34,764 bases of DNA from a virus (lineage: Duplodnaviria; Heunggongvirae; Uroviricota; Caudoviricetes): the IMG/VR virus record IMGVR_UViG_2671180568_000001; one strand, written 5' to 3'. Of this stretch, positions 1 to 9,441 are shown one piece after another. Position 1 is the stretch's first letter; every line of letters begins with the position of its first letter. The notes under the pieces are model-generated. The model was given only the letters and a program-made list of their open reading frames with translations. It did not search any database and was not told the DNA's origin. The position numbers and the translations under genes are program-made.

Positions 1-723
1 ATGCTTTCCCACTCTTTTGAAGATCTTGCACAGGCCTTTCGGGTTTTATTAGAGTCTAACTGGTCACTACAGCGTTTGTTGGCTATTGATCGTGCTGAAG
101 CAATTGGCAATTTAGAATCGGGCCTGAATACACAACTTAATGCTTTTCATAATTTGTATGACAACATGCAAAGCAATGGATTAGAGCCTGACTGGTATTT
201 GAAACCTGAATTATTAATGATGCTTGTTATTCGAAATGCTCGGCATCATAACAAGGCCAACCGTATTAGAAGTATTTATAACTATCATCGTCAGTCCATG
301 AACGACCCTACACAGCAAAAAAACTATTTTTATGTGAATTTCCCGGCACCTCCAGAGGAAGAAGGTGGTGGCTATTTTGAGGTTCCTATCTCATGGGGAG
401 ATATTGATAAGATGCTTTCTCTGCCGCGTCAAGAATCGAGACTCCGACCAGAGGCCAAAGAACGTATACGTGATTATTTAGATGCTAATTCATTTGAAGC
501 ACAAGCAAACCAGCTAGGTCTCACAAAAGAAGATATATTCATCAACTATGTGCCGTTATCTATGAGCGCTGGAATCGCACTTCATCCATTCATCAAAGAT
601 AATATTTCGCTTAATGATGATTCGGTTGAAGCTAAAAGCTTTTTATCGCTTTTTGCTTCAACACATCCTGCGTTAACAAAGCAACATATCTGCAAGGCGA
701 TAGCTTTTTCATTACCAATCTAA
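1..723 (+). CDS. hypothetical protein, 5'-truncated by window edge; AT-rich cargo ORF convergent with ogr
   Basis: Open frame from position 1 to TAA at 721-723; visibly AT-rich versus phage backbone; no recognisable motif. Confidence 0.45.
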   Translation: MLSHSFEDLAQAFRVLLESNWSLQRLLAIDRAEAIGNLESGLNTQLNAFHNLYDNMQSNGLEPDWYLKPELLMMLVIRNARHHNKANRIRSIYNYHRQSMNDPTQQKNYFYVNFPAPPEEEGGGYFEVPISWGDIDKMLSLPRQESRLRPEAKERIRDYLDANSFEAQANQLGLTKEDIFINYVPLSMSAGIALHPFIKDNISLNDDSVEAKSFLSLFASTHPALTKQHICKAIAFSLPI

Positions 724-735
724 GTTTGATACAAG

Positions 736-756
736 AAGGCCTGCAAAGCAGGCCTT
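736..756. terminator. hairpin AAGGCCTGC-AAA-GCAGGCCTT between convergent ORF1 and ogr; possible bidirectional terminator
   Basis: Perfect 9-bp inverted repeat with 3-nt loop, 13 nt after the ORF1 stop and 5 nt after the ogr stop; weak U-tract. Confidence 0.4.
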
Positions 757-760
757 TGAT

Positions 761-979
761 TTAAAGCCAGAGCTGATGTTGTTGGTATTTAGACGGGTGG
801 GGTGGGGCGGGTTCAATTTCTCCTGGCTTCACGATAAAACGAGCAAGGCTCTCGTGGGTGACGAAAGTGCAACCGCAGTTGATGTTCTGGCACTGGTGGT
901 AGCGCTCTTTCGTTTCAGTGCTCAGGTACCGGCTTGATCGTGCGTGTGCTGCATCCTGACATAGCGGACAGTGCATCAT
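761..979 (-). CDS. ogr: Ogr late-gene transcriptional activator (zinc finger)
   Basis: Translation MMHCPLCQDAAHARSSRYL...YHQCQNINCGCTF shows the four-Cys Ogr/Delta pattern; GGAGAGGG RBS before ATG at 979. The ORF-track 104-aa form is an upstream extension. Confidence 0.9.
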   Translation of the reverse strand: MMHCPLCQDAAHARSSRYLSTETKERYHQCQNINCGCTFVTHESLARFIVKPGEIEPAPPHPSKYQQHQLWL

Positions 980-1012
980 AATTTCTTCCCTCTCCTTGCT
1001 GACTTGAGGGGG

Positions 1013-1040
1013 ATAATAAACTTGAATCTTACATTTGCAA
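1013..1040 (-). promoter_or_regulatory. candidate sigma70 promoter for ogr (-35 TTGCAA, 16-bp spacer, -10 TATTAT on minus strand)
   Basis: Hexamers read directly from the sequence upstream of the ogr RBS; not experimentally supported. Confidence 0.3.
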
Positions 1041-1055
1041 GTTTTGTTTGTATAA

Positions 1056-2228
1056 TCAAGATTCGTCGGTGTCATATTCTACATCCGAAAGCATCACCTC
1101 AAGCTCTACAGCCGTTGTGAAGCCATTCCCACCGAGATTATGGGTCACCCTGCTGATTATCCATGCTTGCTCGTCTATAACGCTCTTAAAGCCTGAGACC
1201 CTGACCGGCGTTTCGGGGTAAATATCCTCGCGGCCGGTCGCTAACATAATGGAGAACTCCGCAACCCCACGCTGCAATTTATCCCACTTCGCCTGAGCTG
1301 CACGCATCGCTTGCGCCTTTGTCGCGTAAATGGTCGTCAGCGCGAAAACGTTGTCAGCCTCACCGGCCATGTATTCACCCTCGCGGGCTTCCTGCTCTTT
1401 TTGCTTTTTGGCCGTGACTTTACTGCTCACTGGTTTTGCTTTCGGGTGCTGTAGCGCCCGGAGGTGTTGCTCTTTGGGCTTACGTTTCAGCTTCACTGTC
1501 TGCTTTTGTTTCGCCGGTTTCGGGTCTTTAGTGTGCAGCCACTTAGCGGTTACGCCGGTGTAAGCGCCACGGTCGGCAATGGCAAACTGATGCCGGTCAC
1601 CGTCACCGCGCTGGATGGTAATTTGAGGAATAGCTTTTCCACTGGCAGTGGTACCGCTTCCCGCTTTGAGCATCAGCAATCTACCCGCTTTCACTGAGAC
1701 CGCACCGCCGTTGCGTTCTGCGAGGCGAGTCAGGAAAACGGCGTCGGATTCCTGAGACTGGTCGATATGCGGAATCTGGATCCCCGCAAGAGAATCAGTG
1801 ACGCTGGCCGTTAACTTGTTCCGCTCAGCTATCGAGCTGACGATTGCGCCGAGCGTGGTGTCATGCCATGACTCCTCACGACGGGAATTAAGCGTCCCGC
1901 GAAAATCCGCACCCCGGGCGCGAATGGTTACCGTATCCGGCGCCCCCCGGTGCTCTACCTCATCGACGGTAAATCGCCCCTTGCTGACCAGAGAGAAACC
2001 TTTCCACCCGAGATACAGCGACAGCACCGCACCGCGAATCGGCAATGCGACCAGACCGTCAGTATCGTCGAGCTCGATGTCGAGCTGGTCGGCCTCAAAA
2101 CCCCGATTGTCCGTCATCGAGAGGTTAATCAGCCGGTCACTGATATTGCCGGTGATATCTTTGCTTTCCAGTGTCAGCATAAAGTCGGGCGTCAGCGTGG
2201 CACCCGCGCCGGTGATAATATCCAGCAT
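1056..2228 (-). CDS. D: tail protein D (late control gene D)
   Basis: 390-aa ORF in the position and with the sequence character of P2 gpD, directly downstream of U. Confidence 0.9.
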   Translation of the reverse strand: MLDIITGAGATLTPDFMLTLESKDITGNISDRLINLSMTDNRGFEADQLDIELDDTDGLVALPIRGAVLSLYLGWKGFSLVSKGRFTVDEVEHRGAPDTVTIRARGADFRGTLNSRREESWHDTTLGAIVSSIAERNKLTASVTDSLAGIQIPHIDQSQESDAVFLTRLAERNGGAVSVKAGRLLMLKAGSGTTASGKAIPQITIQRGDGDRHQFAIADRGAYTGVTAKWLHTKDPKPAKQKQTVKLKRKPKEQHLRALQHPKAKPVSSKVTAKKQKEQEAREGEYMAGEADNVFALTTIYATKAQAMRAAQAKWDKLQRGVAEFSIMLATGREDIYPETPVRVSGFKSVIDEQAWIISRVTHNLGGNGFTTAVELEVMLSDVEYDTDES

Positions 2229-2230
2229 GA

Positions 2231-2695
2231 TTACGCCCCCACCATCGACAGCAGATCGCCAGCTTTCCCGACCAGACTTTCGGCCTGTTTTCCAATATCG
2301 CCATACACCGCGGCGAGCGACTCATCGACACGGGTCAGTGACAGGGTGAAGCTGATTTTTCGTGGCGTCCCATCCTCAAAAAATACCGTGCCGGTCTCCG
2401 AGACATTACTGACAACAAACATCCCGTAAATCCAGCCTGAGCCAGAGATAAGCGGCCATGCGCGCCCCTGTTCAGCCATTGCATAAAGCGCCAGCATCGT
2501 GAGCTTACCGCCGGTCAGCTCAGGATACAGGTCACCGCTCAGGGTGATTTTATCTTCCCCCTCGCCGAGATACTGAAAAGCGTCACGCTTCCCGATGCGA
2601 GAGTTTGACGCCCAGCTATAATCCGCGCTGCGCTGCATGCTCTGGTAGGGCAGCGTCTGACGCATAAAAACAAACATACCTAATGCCAGCATCAT
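2231..2695 (-). CDS. U: tail protein U
   Basis: 154-aa ORF between T and D, as in P2. Confidence 0.88.
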   Translation of the reverse strand: MMLALGMFVFMRQTLPYQSMQRSADYSWASNSRIGKRDAFQYLGEGEDKITLSGDLYPELTGGKLTMLALYAMAEQGRAWPLISGSGWIYGMFVVSNVSETGTVFFEDGTPRKISFTLSLTRVDESLAAVYGDIGKQAESLVGKAGDLLSMVGA

Positions 2696-2706
2696 AATCA
2701 GTCTCC

Positions 2707-5136
2707 TTAGTCATGCATCATGCTTGCGCGGGCTTTGGCGCGCTTCTCGCGCTCATACTTTTCTAATGCATCCTGCAAATCATTACCCAACCGATCTCCC
2801 GGCATACCATTGCCCGGCACGGTGATTTGATAGATTGGCCGACTCTGGTCGATGTAGGTTTTACCGGCGGGTGCCGTGACCGGCTGATAGCTGTTGTATG
2901 CGCTGATTGCCGGGCTGTAACCGTTCTGCGTCGCTGCATTGGCTTTCGCCGCTGTCTGGTCAAGTGAGCTGGATTCTTTGTTGATAATGCCGAGTTTTTC
3001 GAGCACCCAGTCAATCCCGCTTCGCAGCTTGTTAAAGGCGTTAAGCGGCATCAGCAGCGCATCGGCCAGCGTCTGACCGAACATAACCCCAACATCACGA
3101 CAACTGTTGAGCGTGTCCTGAGTCGCTTTCACCGGCGCTATCAGGTCTTTAAACCACTGCCAGACGCCGCGAAGTTTTTCGCCGAGACCGTCGAAAATGG
3201 GTGCCAGCGGGGCGAACATTTCCCCGACCGGCGCAAAGGCACTCATGAGCCCCTCGACCACACCGGCAAAGAATGCGCTGACAGGCTCCCAGTATTTACG
3301 GATAAGCAGCGCGCCAGCGACAACAGCCGCCGCTACCGCCACGACAGGCCACGTAATAGCACCAATAGCCGCAATGACCCCGCCACTGATTGTCGTAAAG
3401 ACCGCACCAAGCGCACCAGCCGCCGAAATGATGGCGTTAATGCCAGTAATTACCGGCCACGATACAAGGCCAATGGCACCAATCATCCCCACAATACCGA
3501 CAGCTGCCGCCGTAATGACACCCAGCGTGGTGGCAAGAGATTTGTTCTTTTGGATCCAGCTATCGAGCCTCAATACATACCCTGTCGTCGTTTGTACCAG
3601 CTTTCTTAATGATGACTCTTGCTGGTCAAACAGGTCGGTTCCTACCGCTTCATACGCAGACTGAAACTCTTTAAAATCGCCGCCGAGGTTATCCTGCATG
3701 ACCTTCACCAGCTCAGCGGTTTTGCCATCCGATGCTTTAAGGGAAGCGGTAAGCTGGTCTAATTTCCCGCTCGAGGCAGCGGTCATGAGTACCGCAGCCG
3801 ACGAGCTGGCCTCTTCACCGAAAATGGTTTTCATATATTCGGCACGCTGGCCGGTGCCGAGGTTGTTTTTATCAAAACTCCGCTGCATTTCTTTCAGGAT
3901 GGTAAATATTGGACGTGTGTTCCCCTTACCATCAGCCGTTTTGACGCCGAGCTCTTTAATGGCGTCATACGCTTTGCCCGTTGGAGCCTGCAGGCGACTT
4001 AATACGGCACGGCTCCCCGTACCCGCCATCGATCCCGTAATTTTGGCGTCATGCAGTGCGCCGACCATTGCGGCTGTTTCTTCGATGCTGACCCCGGCAT
4101 TTTTCGCCACCGGCGCGGCATAAGTCAGCGCATCACTCAGGCCGTCAAAGTCGGCGGCGGTTTTGTTCATCGTCATCGACAGAACATCACCGATATGGGC
4201 GACCTTATCGTTTGAAAGCTGGAAGGCAGAGCGCATCCCCATCAATAACCCGGCGTTCTCTTCCATCGTTCGACGGTTTGCGAGCGCCATATCGAGTGTT
4301 ACGGGGGTAGCGGCCTGAATAGCCGCAGCATCGCCGCCAGCCTTTGCAATAATAATCTGAGCACCGGCAGCATCATCAGCCGACGCGGCGGTGTTGTCAC
4401 CGAGCTGGCGCGCCTGTTTGCGGAGCGCCACCATATCAGCTGAGTCTTTACCGACACCGAGAACGGCCTGTAACTCAGAGTTTTTCTGAGCAAAATCATA
4501 ACCGGGCTTCATCAGTGCAACACCGGCAAGCGCTCCGGTCGTTGCCATGCCTATCCCGGCAGCGCCCATCGATGCCGCATTTCCAGCCAGTGCCTTTCCT
4601 GCCTGATAGCGTTTTTGTACTGCGCTGAGTTTTGCCTGTTGCGCGCTGACCCGCGCCAGTGCTTCATGCTGGCGGTTAAGTTGTGCGGTAGTTTCATTGA
4701 TAGAGTTTTTCAGGCGGCTTTCATCATTCGACAGATTGCGCGTATTAATCCCCGCTTTGCCGAGCTCGGTCTGTTGCCGCTTCACCGATTGGGTGAGGCT
4801 GTTATATTTTGCCTGTAACCCTTCAGCCGAACGCTTTGCTGATTCCAGCACTCTGGCCTGTGCCGCCGTTGGCCGTTCCGTGTTTTTAAACTGCACCGCC
4901 AGCTCGGCGGCTTCCTGTTTTGCCTTTTCCAGTGCCTGTCCGGTTACCGCCAGTTGTGCGCTGGTTTTGCGAAAACCGTCGATTTTCGATGCCTGACCAT
5001 TCAAATCACGCAGGGATTGCTGAGTCGTGCGGATATCGCCAGACAGCGATTTGCTCGCCGTCTGGATCGCTTTAAAGGGTCGGGTCGCCTGGTCGACAGC
5101 TTTCAGCAGCACTTCGAGTTTGAGGTTATTACTCAT
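2707..5136 (-). CDS. T: tail tape measure protein T
   Basis: 809-aa Ala/Gly/Gln-rich protein with coiled-coil N-terminus and hydrophobic Gly-rich segments, downstream of E/E'. Confidence 0.9.
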   Translation of the reverse strand: MSNNLKLEVLLKAVDQATRPFKAIQTASKSLSGDIRTTQQSLRDLNGQASKIDGFRKTSAQLAVTGQALEKAKQEAAELAVQFKNTERPTAAQARVLESAKRSAEGLQAKYNSLTQSVKRQQTELGKAGINTRNLSNDESRLKNSINETTAQLNRQHEALARVSAQQAKLSAVQKRYQAGKALAGNAASMGAAGIGMATTGALAGVALMKPGYDFAQKNSELQAVLGVGKDSADMVALRKQARQLGDNTAASADDAAGAQIIIAKAGGDAAAIQAATPVTLDMALANRRTMEENAGLLMGMRSAFQLSNDKVAHIGDVLSMTMNKTAADFDGLSDALTYAAPVAKNAGVSIEETAAMVGALHDAKITGSMAGTGSRAVLSRLQAPTGKAYDAIKELGVKTADGKGNTRPIFTILKEMQRSFDKNNLGTGQRAEYMKTIFGEEASSSAAVLMTAASSGKLDQLTASLKASDGKTAELVKVMQDNLGGDFKEFQSAYEAVGTDLFDQQESSLRKLVQTTTGYVLRLDSWIQKNKSLATTLGVITAAAVGIVGMIGAIGLVSWPVITGINAIISAAGALGAVFTTISGGVIAAIGAITWPVVAVAAAVVAGALLIRKYWEPVSAFFAGVVEGLMSAFAPVGEMFAPLAPIFDGLGEKLRGVWQWFKDLIAPVKATQDTLNSCRDVGVMFGQTLADALLMPLNAFNKLRSGIDWVLEKLGIINKESSSLDQTAAKANAATQNGYSPAISAYNSYQPVTAPAGKTYIDQSRPIYQITVPGNGMPGDRLGNDLQDALEKYEREKRAKARASMMHD

Positions 5137-5562
5137 TCGTGTTTCCGCTTCGCTGTAGCGCTTTTTCGCGCCAGTTGACGAGTTCGGTCAGGCTCATGGG
5201 ATACAGGTCTGATGGCGACCAGTGGAAAATTACCGCTATGTCAGCCATCAGGTCATCGACCGAGAGTTTTTGCGGGAAGGTTACGCCGCCTAACTCGGTG
5301 ACAAAAAACCGACCACCTTACCGGCAAACGACAGCAGGTCGGGCAGCTCCAGTGCGGCGGCTTCCTGCTCGGTCAGCGACGGCATGGTCATGCGCGGCAG
5401 CACTTTAATCAGCGCATCGACGTCAGAGTTTGCGACAGATGCCAGGCTGACACCGCGAAGGGTTCCGGCACACGGTTTTAACAGGGTGACGTCGGTAATA
5501 ACCTGCTCACCGCGCTTAATGGGTTTAATCAGAGTGACGATATTTTCGTTAGTTTTATCCAT
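5129..5562 (-). CDS. tail assembly chaperone E+E' made by programmed -1 frameshift at T_TTT_TTG (minus strand, plus coordinates 5302-5308)
   Basis: Heptamer is in zero-frame register GGT-TTT-TTG; the -1 frame hand-translated stays open to TAA at 5129-5131, overlapping the T start as in P2. Confidence 0.7.
5290..5562 (-). CDS. E: tail assembly chaperone E
   Basis: 90-aa ORF ending ...AGKVVGFLSPS upstream of T; carries the slippery heptamer near its 3' end. Confidence 0.85.
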   Translation of the reverse strand: MDKTNENIVTLIKPIKRGEQVITDVTLLKPCAGTLRGVSLASVANSDVDALIKVLPRMTMPSLTEQEAAALELPDLLSFAGKVVGFLSPS

Positions 5563-5624
5563 GATATTTCTCGTTAAATTCTGGTTTCAGGATGCCCGGC
5601 CAGCCATGCTGACCGGGGCATAAA

Positions 5625-6143
5625 TTACAGGCCGATATTTTGTCGGTGCGCCTCGAGCATGTCGGTGCCGTTCACTTTTTCGATGAGGTTCACGGTGTCG
5701 ATTTCCACCAGTTCCGAGCCATTCATCGTCAGCTTGAAATAGGTACACGCGAGAGCGATTTTCGACTCGGTGTCTTCGCCCTGTTTGGCTTCACCGAGGT
5801 CGATTTCTTTCTGACGGCCACGGAGAACAACCTCAACCGGCACGGTCTCGCCGGTGTCATCACGCTGGTAAGACCCGGCAAAACGTAGCGGTACGGAGGC
5901 CGCGCCGGTGGCAGCGTATAACGACCAGATAGCGTCATCGGGGAAGCCGCCGAGAGAGATTTCAGCCGACAGCGCATCGTCATCGAGGCCGAGGTCGACC
6001 GGTGCCGAACCATTCATCCCGCCGCCGCGATAGTTCTCGAGCTTGCGGGTTAATTTCGGCAGCGTGACGGACTGCACGACGCCGAGATAACTCACCCCAT
6101 CGATAAACAGGTTCATGAGTTTGAGCTTGCGCGGTAATGCCAT
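5625..6143 (-). CDS. FII: tail tube protein FII
   Basis: 172-aa ORF after FI, P2 gpFII-like. Confidence 0.9.
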   Translation of the reverse strand: MALPRKLKLMNLFIDGVSYLGVVQSVTLPKLTRKLENYRGGGMNGSAPVDLGLDDDALSAEISLGGFPDDAIWSLYAATGAASVPLRFAGSYQRDDTGETVPVEVVLRGRQKEIDLGEAKQGEDTESKIALACTYFKLTMNGSELVEIDTVNLIEKVNGTDMLEAHRQNIGL

Positions 6144-6155
6144 TTGTCAGGCTCC

Positions 6156-7343
6156 TTATTTGCTGTTGACGGACGAGATAAGATTCGCCAGATATTTATC
6201 AGTAATGCGCTGGCGTAAGGTCAGGTGTTCGAGTGGCGGCACCGGCGTATAGTCATAATCGATAAACAGTTTCCCGGCTTTCAGGGTTTCTTTACTGTTG
6301 GCCTCTTCGTCAAACCAGCACGTCGCATCGATGATGTAACCGCCGGTTTTCAGCTCGCGGAATTTCGCGTTGATGCCGTCGATAATGTCGCGAATCAACG
6401 TCGCGGTGATGGGCTTATCGTTCGCCCACATATGCCCCTCGGCTATTGTGTCGGCTATGACCTGTGCGGTGCGGGTGTAGTTCTCAAACTGAAACAGCGG
6501 GTCATCGGAGCAATTACGGTTACCCCAGAAGCGGAAACCATCGGCACGAATCAGCGTCGTAACACCGGCCTCATTCAGCAGGTCGGCATCAGTGCCAGAT
6601 TCCTGCAAATCCCAGAAGACCGACGCACTGATACCGGTGACGCCATTGATGCCGACGTTTGACAGGGTTTTATGCCAGCCTGTGTCATTGTCGATTTTTG
6701 CGCGCAGTCCCAACGCGATCGCTGTTGCATAACTGGTTGTGGTCGCGTTGGCCGTGGTATCCCACCCGAGGAAGTCAGGCCAGATAATCATGAGCTCACG
6801 GGCGCTGAAGTTTTCGCGGTAGGCGATAACGTCAGCAATGGTTTTACAGCCCCACGCGCTGACATAGGCGAAAGCGCGCAGCTTCTGAGCCACGGAGACA
6901 AGCGCGGTCGCCACCTCCTGAGTATCGAGCCCCGGCACACCGAGAATACGTGGCTTCACGCCGGTGACCGCTTTCGCCGTTAACAGCGCTTTCATCCCGG
7001 TATATTTGCCATTCTCATCCGTGGTGCCGATGATGTTAGAAATGGTTTGCGCCTGTGCCTCTTCGCCGTCGCCGGTACCCTCCGCGACACGCACAACAAC
7101 GACAACCGGTTTTGACTGGTTAGCGATGAGCTGTAAGGATTTTGCCAGGGTACCTTTAGTACCGGCTTTTGCGATGGCGCTTTGTGGGTTGGTAATCAGC
7201 ACCGGCTCATTGAGAGGGAAAGCCCCGGCGTCAGCATCACTGGCTGTGCAGACCATGCCAACGACCGCCGTTGATACCGTCGAGATTGTGCGGGTGCCGT
7301 CGTTAATTTCGACGACCTCGACACCGTGATGATAATCACTCAT
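6156..7343 (-). CDS. FI: contractile tail sheath protein FI
   Basis: 395-aa ORF starting MSDYHHGVEVVEINDGTRTIST, P2 gpFI-like. Confidence 0.92.
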   Translation of the reverse strand: MSDYHHGVEVVEINDGTRTISTVSTAVVGMVCTASDADAGAFPLNEPVLITNPQSAIAKAGTKGTLAKSLQLIANQSKPVVVVVRVAEGTGDGEEAQAQTISNIIGTTDENGKYTGMKALLTAKAVTGVKPRILGVPGLDTQEVATALVSVAQKLRAFAYVSAWGCKTIADVIAYRENFSARELMIIWPDFLGWDTTANATTTSYATAIALGLRAKIDNDTGWHKTLSNVGINGVTGISASVFWDLQESGTDADLLNEAGVTTLIRADGFRFWGNRNCSDDPLFQFENYTRTAQVIADTIAEGHMWANDKPITATLIRDIIDGINAKFRELKTGGYIIDATCWFDEEANSKETLKAGKLFIDYDYTPVPPLEHLTLRQRITDKYLANLISSVNSK

Positions 7344-7407
7344 CCGTTTAACTCCGTTAGTTGAGGTGAGTGATATTGTCTGGTTTACGCCTGTATGCGG
7401 CTATTTG

Positions 7408-7986
7408 TCAGGGTTCGCCGGTGGCTGACACAACGGGATTTGTCGCCGGAAATTTTTTATACAGCGTCGATATGCCCACATCAAAAATCAGTGCAACACG
7501 CTGTCGGGATTCTCCGGCCGCAATCAACCGGCCAGCCTGAGCCCATTCATCAGGCGTCAGCTTCGGCCTACGACCTCCGATCCTGCCTTGTGCCCGGGCT
7601 GCATCCAGCCCGGCGCGGGTTCGTTCGACGATTAACTCGCGTTCCATTTCTGCAAGAGCGCCCATGATGTGAAAGAAAAATCGCCCCATCGGGGTTGAGG
7701 TATCAATACTGTCGGTCAGGCTTCTGAAATTAACCCCTCGCTGGCGAAGCTCTTCAGTCATAGAGACAAGATGGCGCATGCTACGCCCGAGCCTGTCGAG
7801 CTTCCAGACAACGAGAGTATCACCGGCATTAAGTTGCCTGAGTGCGCGATTTAACCCTGGCCTGTTTGTCGATTTACCGCTGATTTTATCCTCGAAAATT
7901 AGCTCACATCCCGACCGTTCCAGCGCGTCACGCTGTAGCGCGGTATTTTGTTCATTTGTTGATACGCGCACATAGCCAACCTGCAT
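7408..7986 (-). CDS. serine recombinase, Hin/Gin/Cin/Pin-type DNA invertase
   Basis: N-terminus [13 protein letters not shown]... with catalytic-Ser context and a C-terminal HTH; GAGGG RBS before ATG at 7986 (ORF track uses an upstream TTG). Sits next to a hix-like site. Confidence 0.88.
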   Translation of the reverse strand: MQVGYVRVSTNEQNTALQRDALERSGCELIFEDKISGKSTNRPGLNRALRQLNAGDTLVVWKLDRLGRSMRHLVSMTEELRQRGVNFRSLTDSIDTSTPMGRFFFHIMGALAEMERELIVERTRAGLDAARAQGRIGGRRPKLTPDEWAQAGRLIAAGESRQRVALIFDVGISTLYKKFPATNPVVSATGEP

Positions 7987-8040
7987 TTGTTTTCCCTCAT
8001 GCAAAAGCCCAAATGATGCCAGCTAGGGGGGAAAACTACA

Positions 8041-8066
8041 TTTTCTTAAACGTTGGTTTAGGAGAA
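8041..8066. other. hix/gix-like 26-bp crossover site (invertase-proximal): TTTTCTTAAACG-TT-GGTTTAGGAGAA
   Basis: Imperfect dyad of 12-bp half-sites around a central TT; the palindrome-arm identity begins exactly at the central dinucleotide (8053). Confidence 0.6.
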
Positions 8067-8405
8067 GCGGCTAAAAGGAATGTAGGGACAGGGGCAAATC
8101 AGATACCTGATATGGGTAGCTTCACGCTTTCTGTTTCAGGTACTGGATATCAAAAATTACCATCAGGTTTTATTCTTCAGTGGGGCTCAATCGGCGCACC
8201 AGGCATTGCACAGGATGTAGTAACCCATTTCCCGATTGCATTTCCAAACAGATGTCTGCGTGTTTTGGTCTCACAAGACTACACACCAGATAGCGGGGCT
8301 GTTGGTTATATTGCCTGTGCAGGTTTTAGTCCCGACCCGGTTAAATTTATATCCAGAGCCAGTACTCCTGGCCTCGGCGCTTCATTTTTAGCGTTAGGCT
8401 GTTAA
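8053..8405 (+). CDS. tail-fibre variable C-terminal cassette Hv1, promoterless mirror copy
   Basis: Encodes the same residues as the C-terminus of H (...[16 protein letters not shown]...LALGC); begins at the crossover site with no start codon of its own. Confidence 0.5.
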
Positions 8406-8426
8406 TTTAGCTATATGGAGTGAAAA

Positions 8427-8867
8427 ATGAATTACATATATTCCGTGACTACAAACTCTTTCTATCCGCTGGAGATGAAAGAGGATTACACTCAAGCTGA
8501 CTCATGGCCAGATGATGCTGTTGAAGTTGATGAGCAAGCGTATATTGAGTTTTCCGGATTACCGCCGAAAGGAAAAATCCGTATCGCTGGAGAAAATGGT
8601 TTTCCTGCATGGTCTGAAATTCCACCACCAACACATGAGGAACAGATTGCTGCAGCCGAACTGGAAAAGCAGCAACTGATTAATCAGGCCAACGATTATA
8701 TGAACAGTAAACAATGGCCTGGTAAAGCGGCTATTGGTCGCCTGAAAGGTGAGGAACTGGCGCAATATAATTTGTGGCTGGATTATCTGGACGCACTGGA
8801 ACTGGTCGATACCTCCAGTGCTCCAGATATTGAATGGCCTACGCCTCCGGCAGTTCAGGCCAGATGA
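8427..8867 (+). CDS. tail fibre assembly protein Tfa1, mirror copy
   Basis: 146-aa ORF identical in translation to 10936..11376. Confidence 0.55.
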   Translation: MNYIYSVTTNSFYPLEMKEDYTQADSWPDDAVEVDEQAYIEFSGLPPKGKIRIAGENGFPAWSEIPPPTHEEQIAAAELEKQQLINQANDYMNSKQWPGKAAIGRLKGEELAQYNLWLDYLDALELVDTSSAPDIEWPTPPAVQAR

Positions 8868-9441
8868 CATCCGGCGCGGTGCTGGTATCTGTTGCCGTCA
8901 CCGCGTCAATGTAATCCAGCACGGCGTTAAGTCGGGTTGTTTCTGCCTGCGTCAACTTCCGTCCGGCCTGTAATTTCAGCTGAATCAGACTAATGGAAGC
9001 CATTGCTGCATCAATCAGTGACTGGCGCTGTGCTTCTGCCGCGTCTACTGCGGCACTATGCTGTGCCTCAGTATCCGTCACCCATTTCTCACCATCCCAT
9101 TTATCATATGGCGTTAACGGGGCGATAGTGGTTGTATTTTCAGGGTAATCACCCGGAGCTGTGATTTCTTTCGATTCTCCTGTTTCGGTGCTATAGATGA
9201 TTTCACCGCGATGGTCTGGCACATATTCCCATGAGTTAAAATCTGCAGAACGGCAGATTGCATAACCAGCTTTATGTGTAACTGGTGCATCTAAACAAGA
9301 ACATGCCGGGATACCGACGCCAACCGCAAGATATTCAGTTGATGTGGAAATATATTCCCGCGTTTCACCATCATAATTATAAATGGTAATGTCTCCCGCT
9401 TTTATGGCAATGAGTTCGTTATTTAATACGGCTTTATTCAT
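8839..9441 (-). CDS. tail fibre assembly protein Tfa2, mirror copy
   Basis: 200-aa ORF identical in translation to 10362..10964. Confidence 0.55.
   Translation of the reverse strand: MNKAVLNNELIAIKAGDITIYNYDGETREYISTSTEYLAVGVGIPACSCLDAPVTHKAGYAICRSADFNSWEYVPDHRGEIIYSTETGESKEITAPGDYPENTTTIAPLTPYDKWDGEKWVTDTEAQHSAAVDAAEAQRQSLIDAAMASISLIQLKLQAGRKLTQAETTRLNAVLDYIDAVTATDTSTAPDVIWPELPEA

Noticed and set aside
761-1075. 104-aa version of Ogr from the ORF track
   Set aside because: The conserved Ogr sequence starts at the internal MMHCPLCQ with its own RBS; the upstream part reads through the promoter region.
1330-2429. Plus-strand ORFs (77-183 aa) inside gene D and U
   Set aside because: Antisense to well-supported P2-like genes and Ser/Arg/Cys-rich, typical of spurious reading frames in GC-rich DNA; the same applies to most other ORF-track entries antisense to structural genes.
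7408-8004. 198-aa invertase with TTG start; likewise extended starts for I (13088), V (14892), P (22268), Q (24052), cI (31501) and the 30223..30462 ORF
   Set aside because: Hand inspection shows near-cognate or unsupported upstream starts; downstream ATGs with RBS and family-typical N-termini were preferred.
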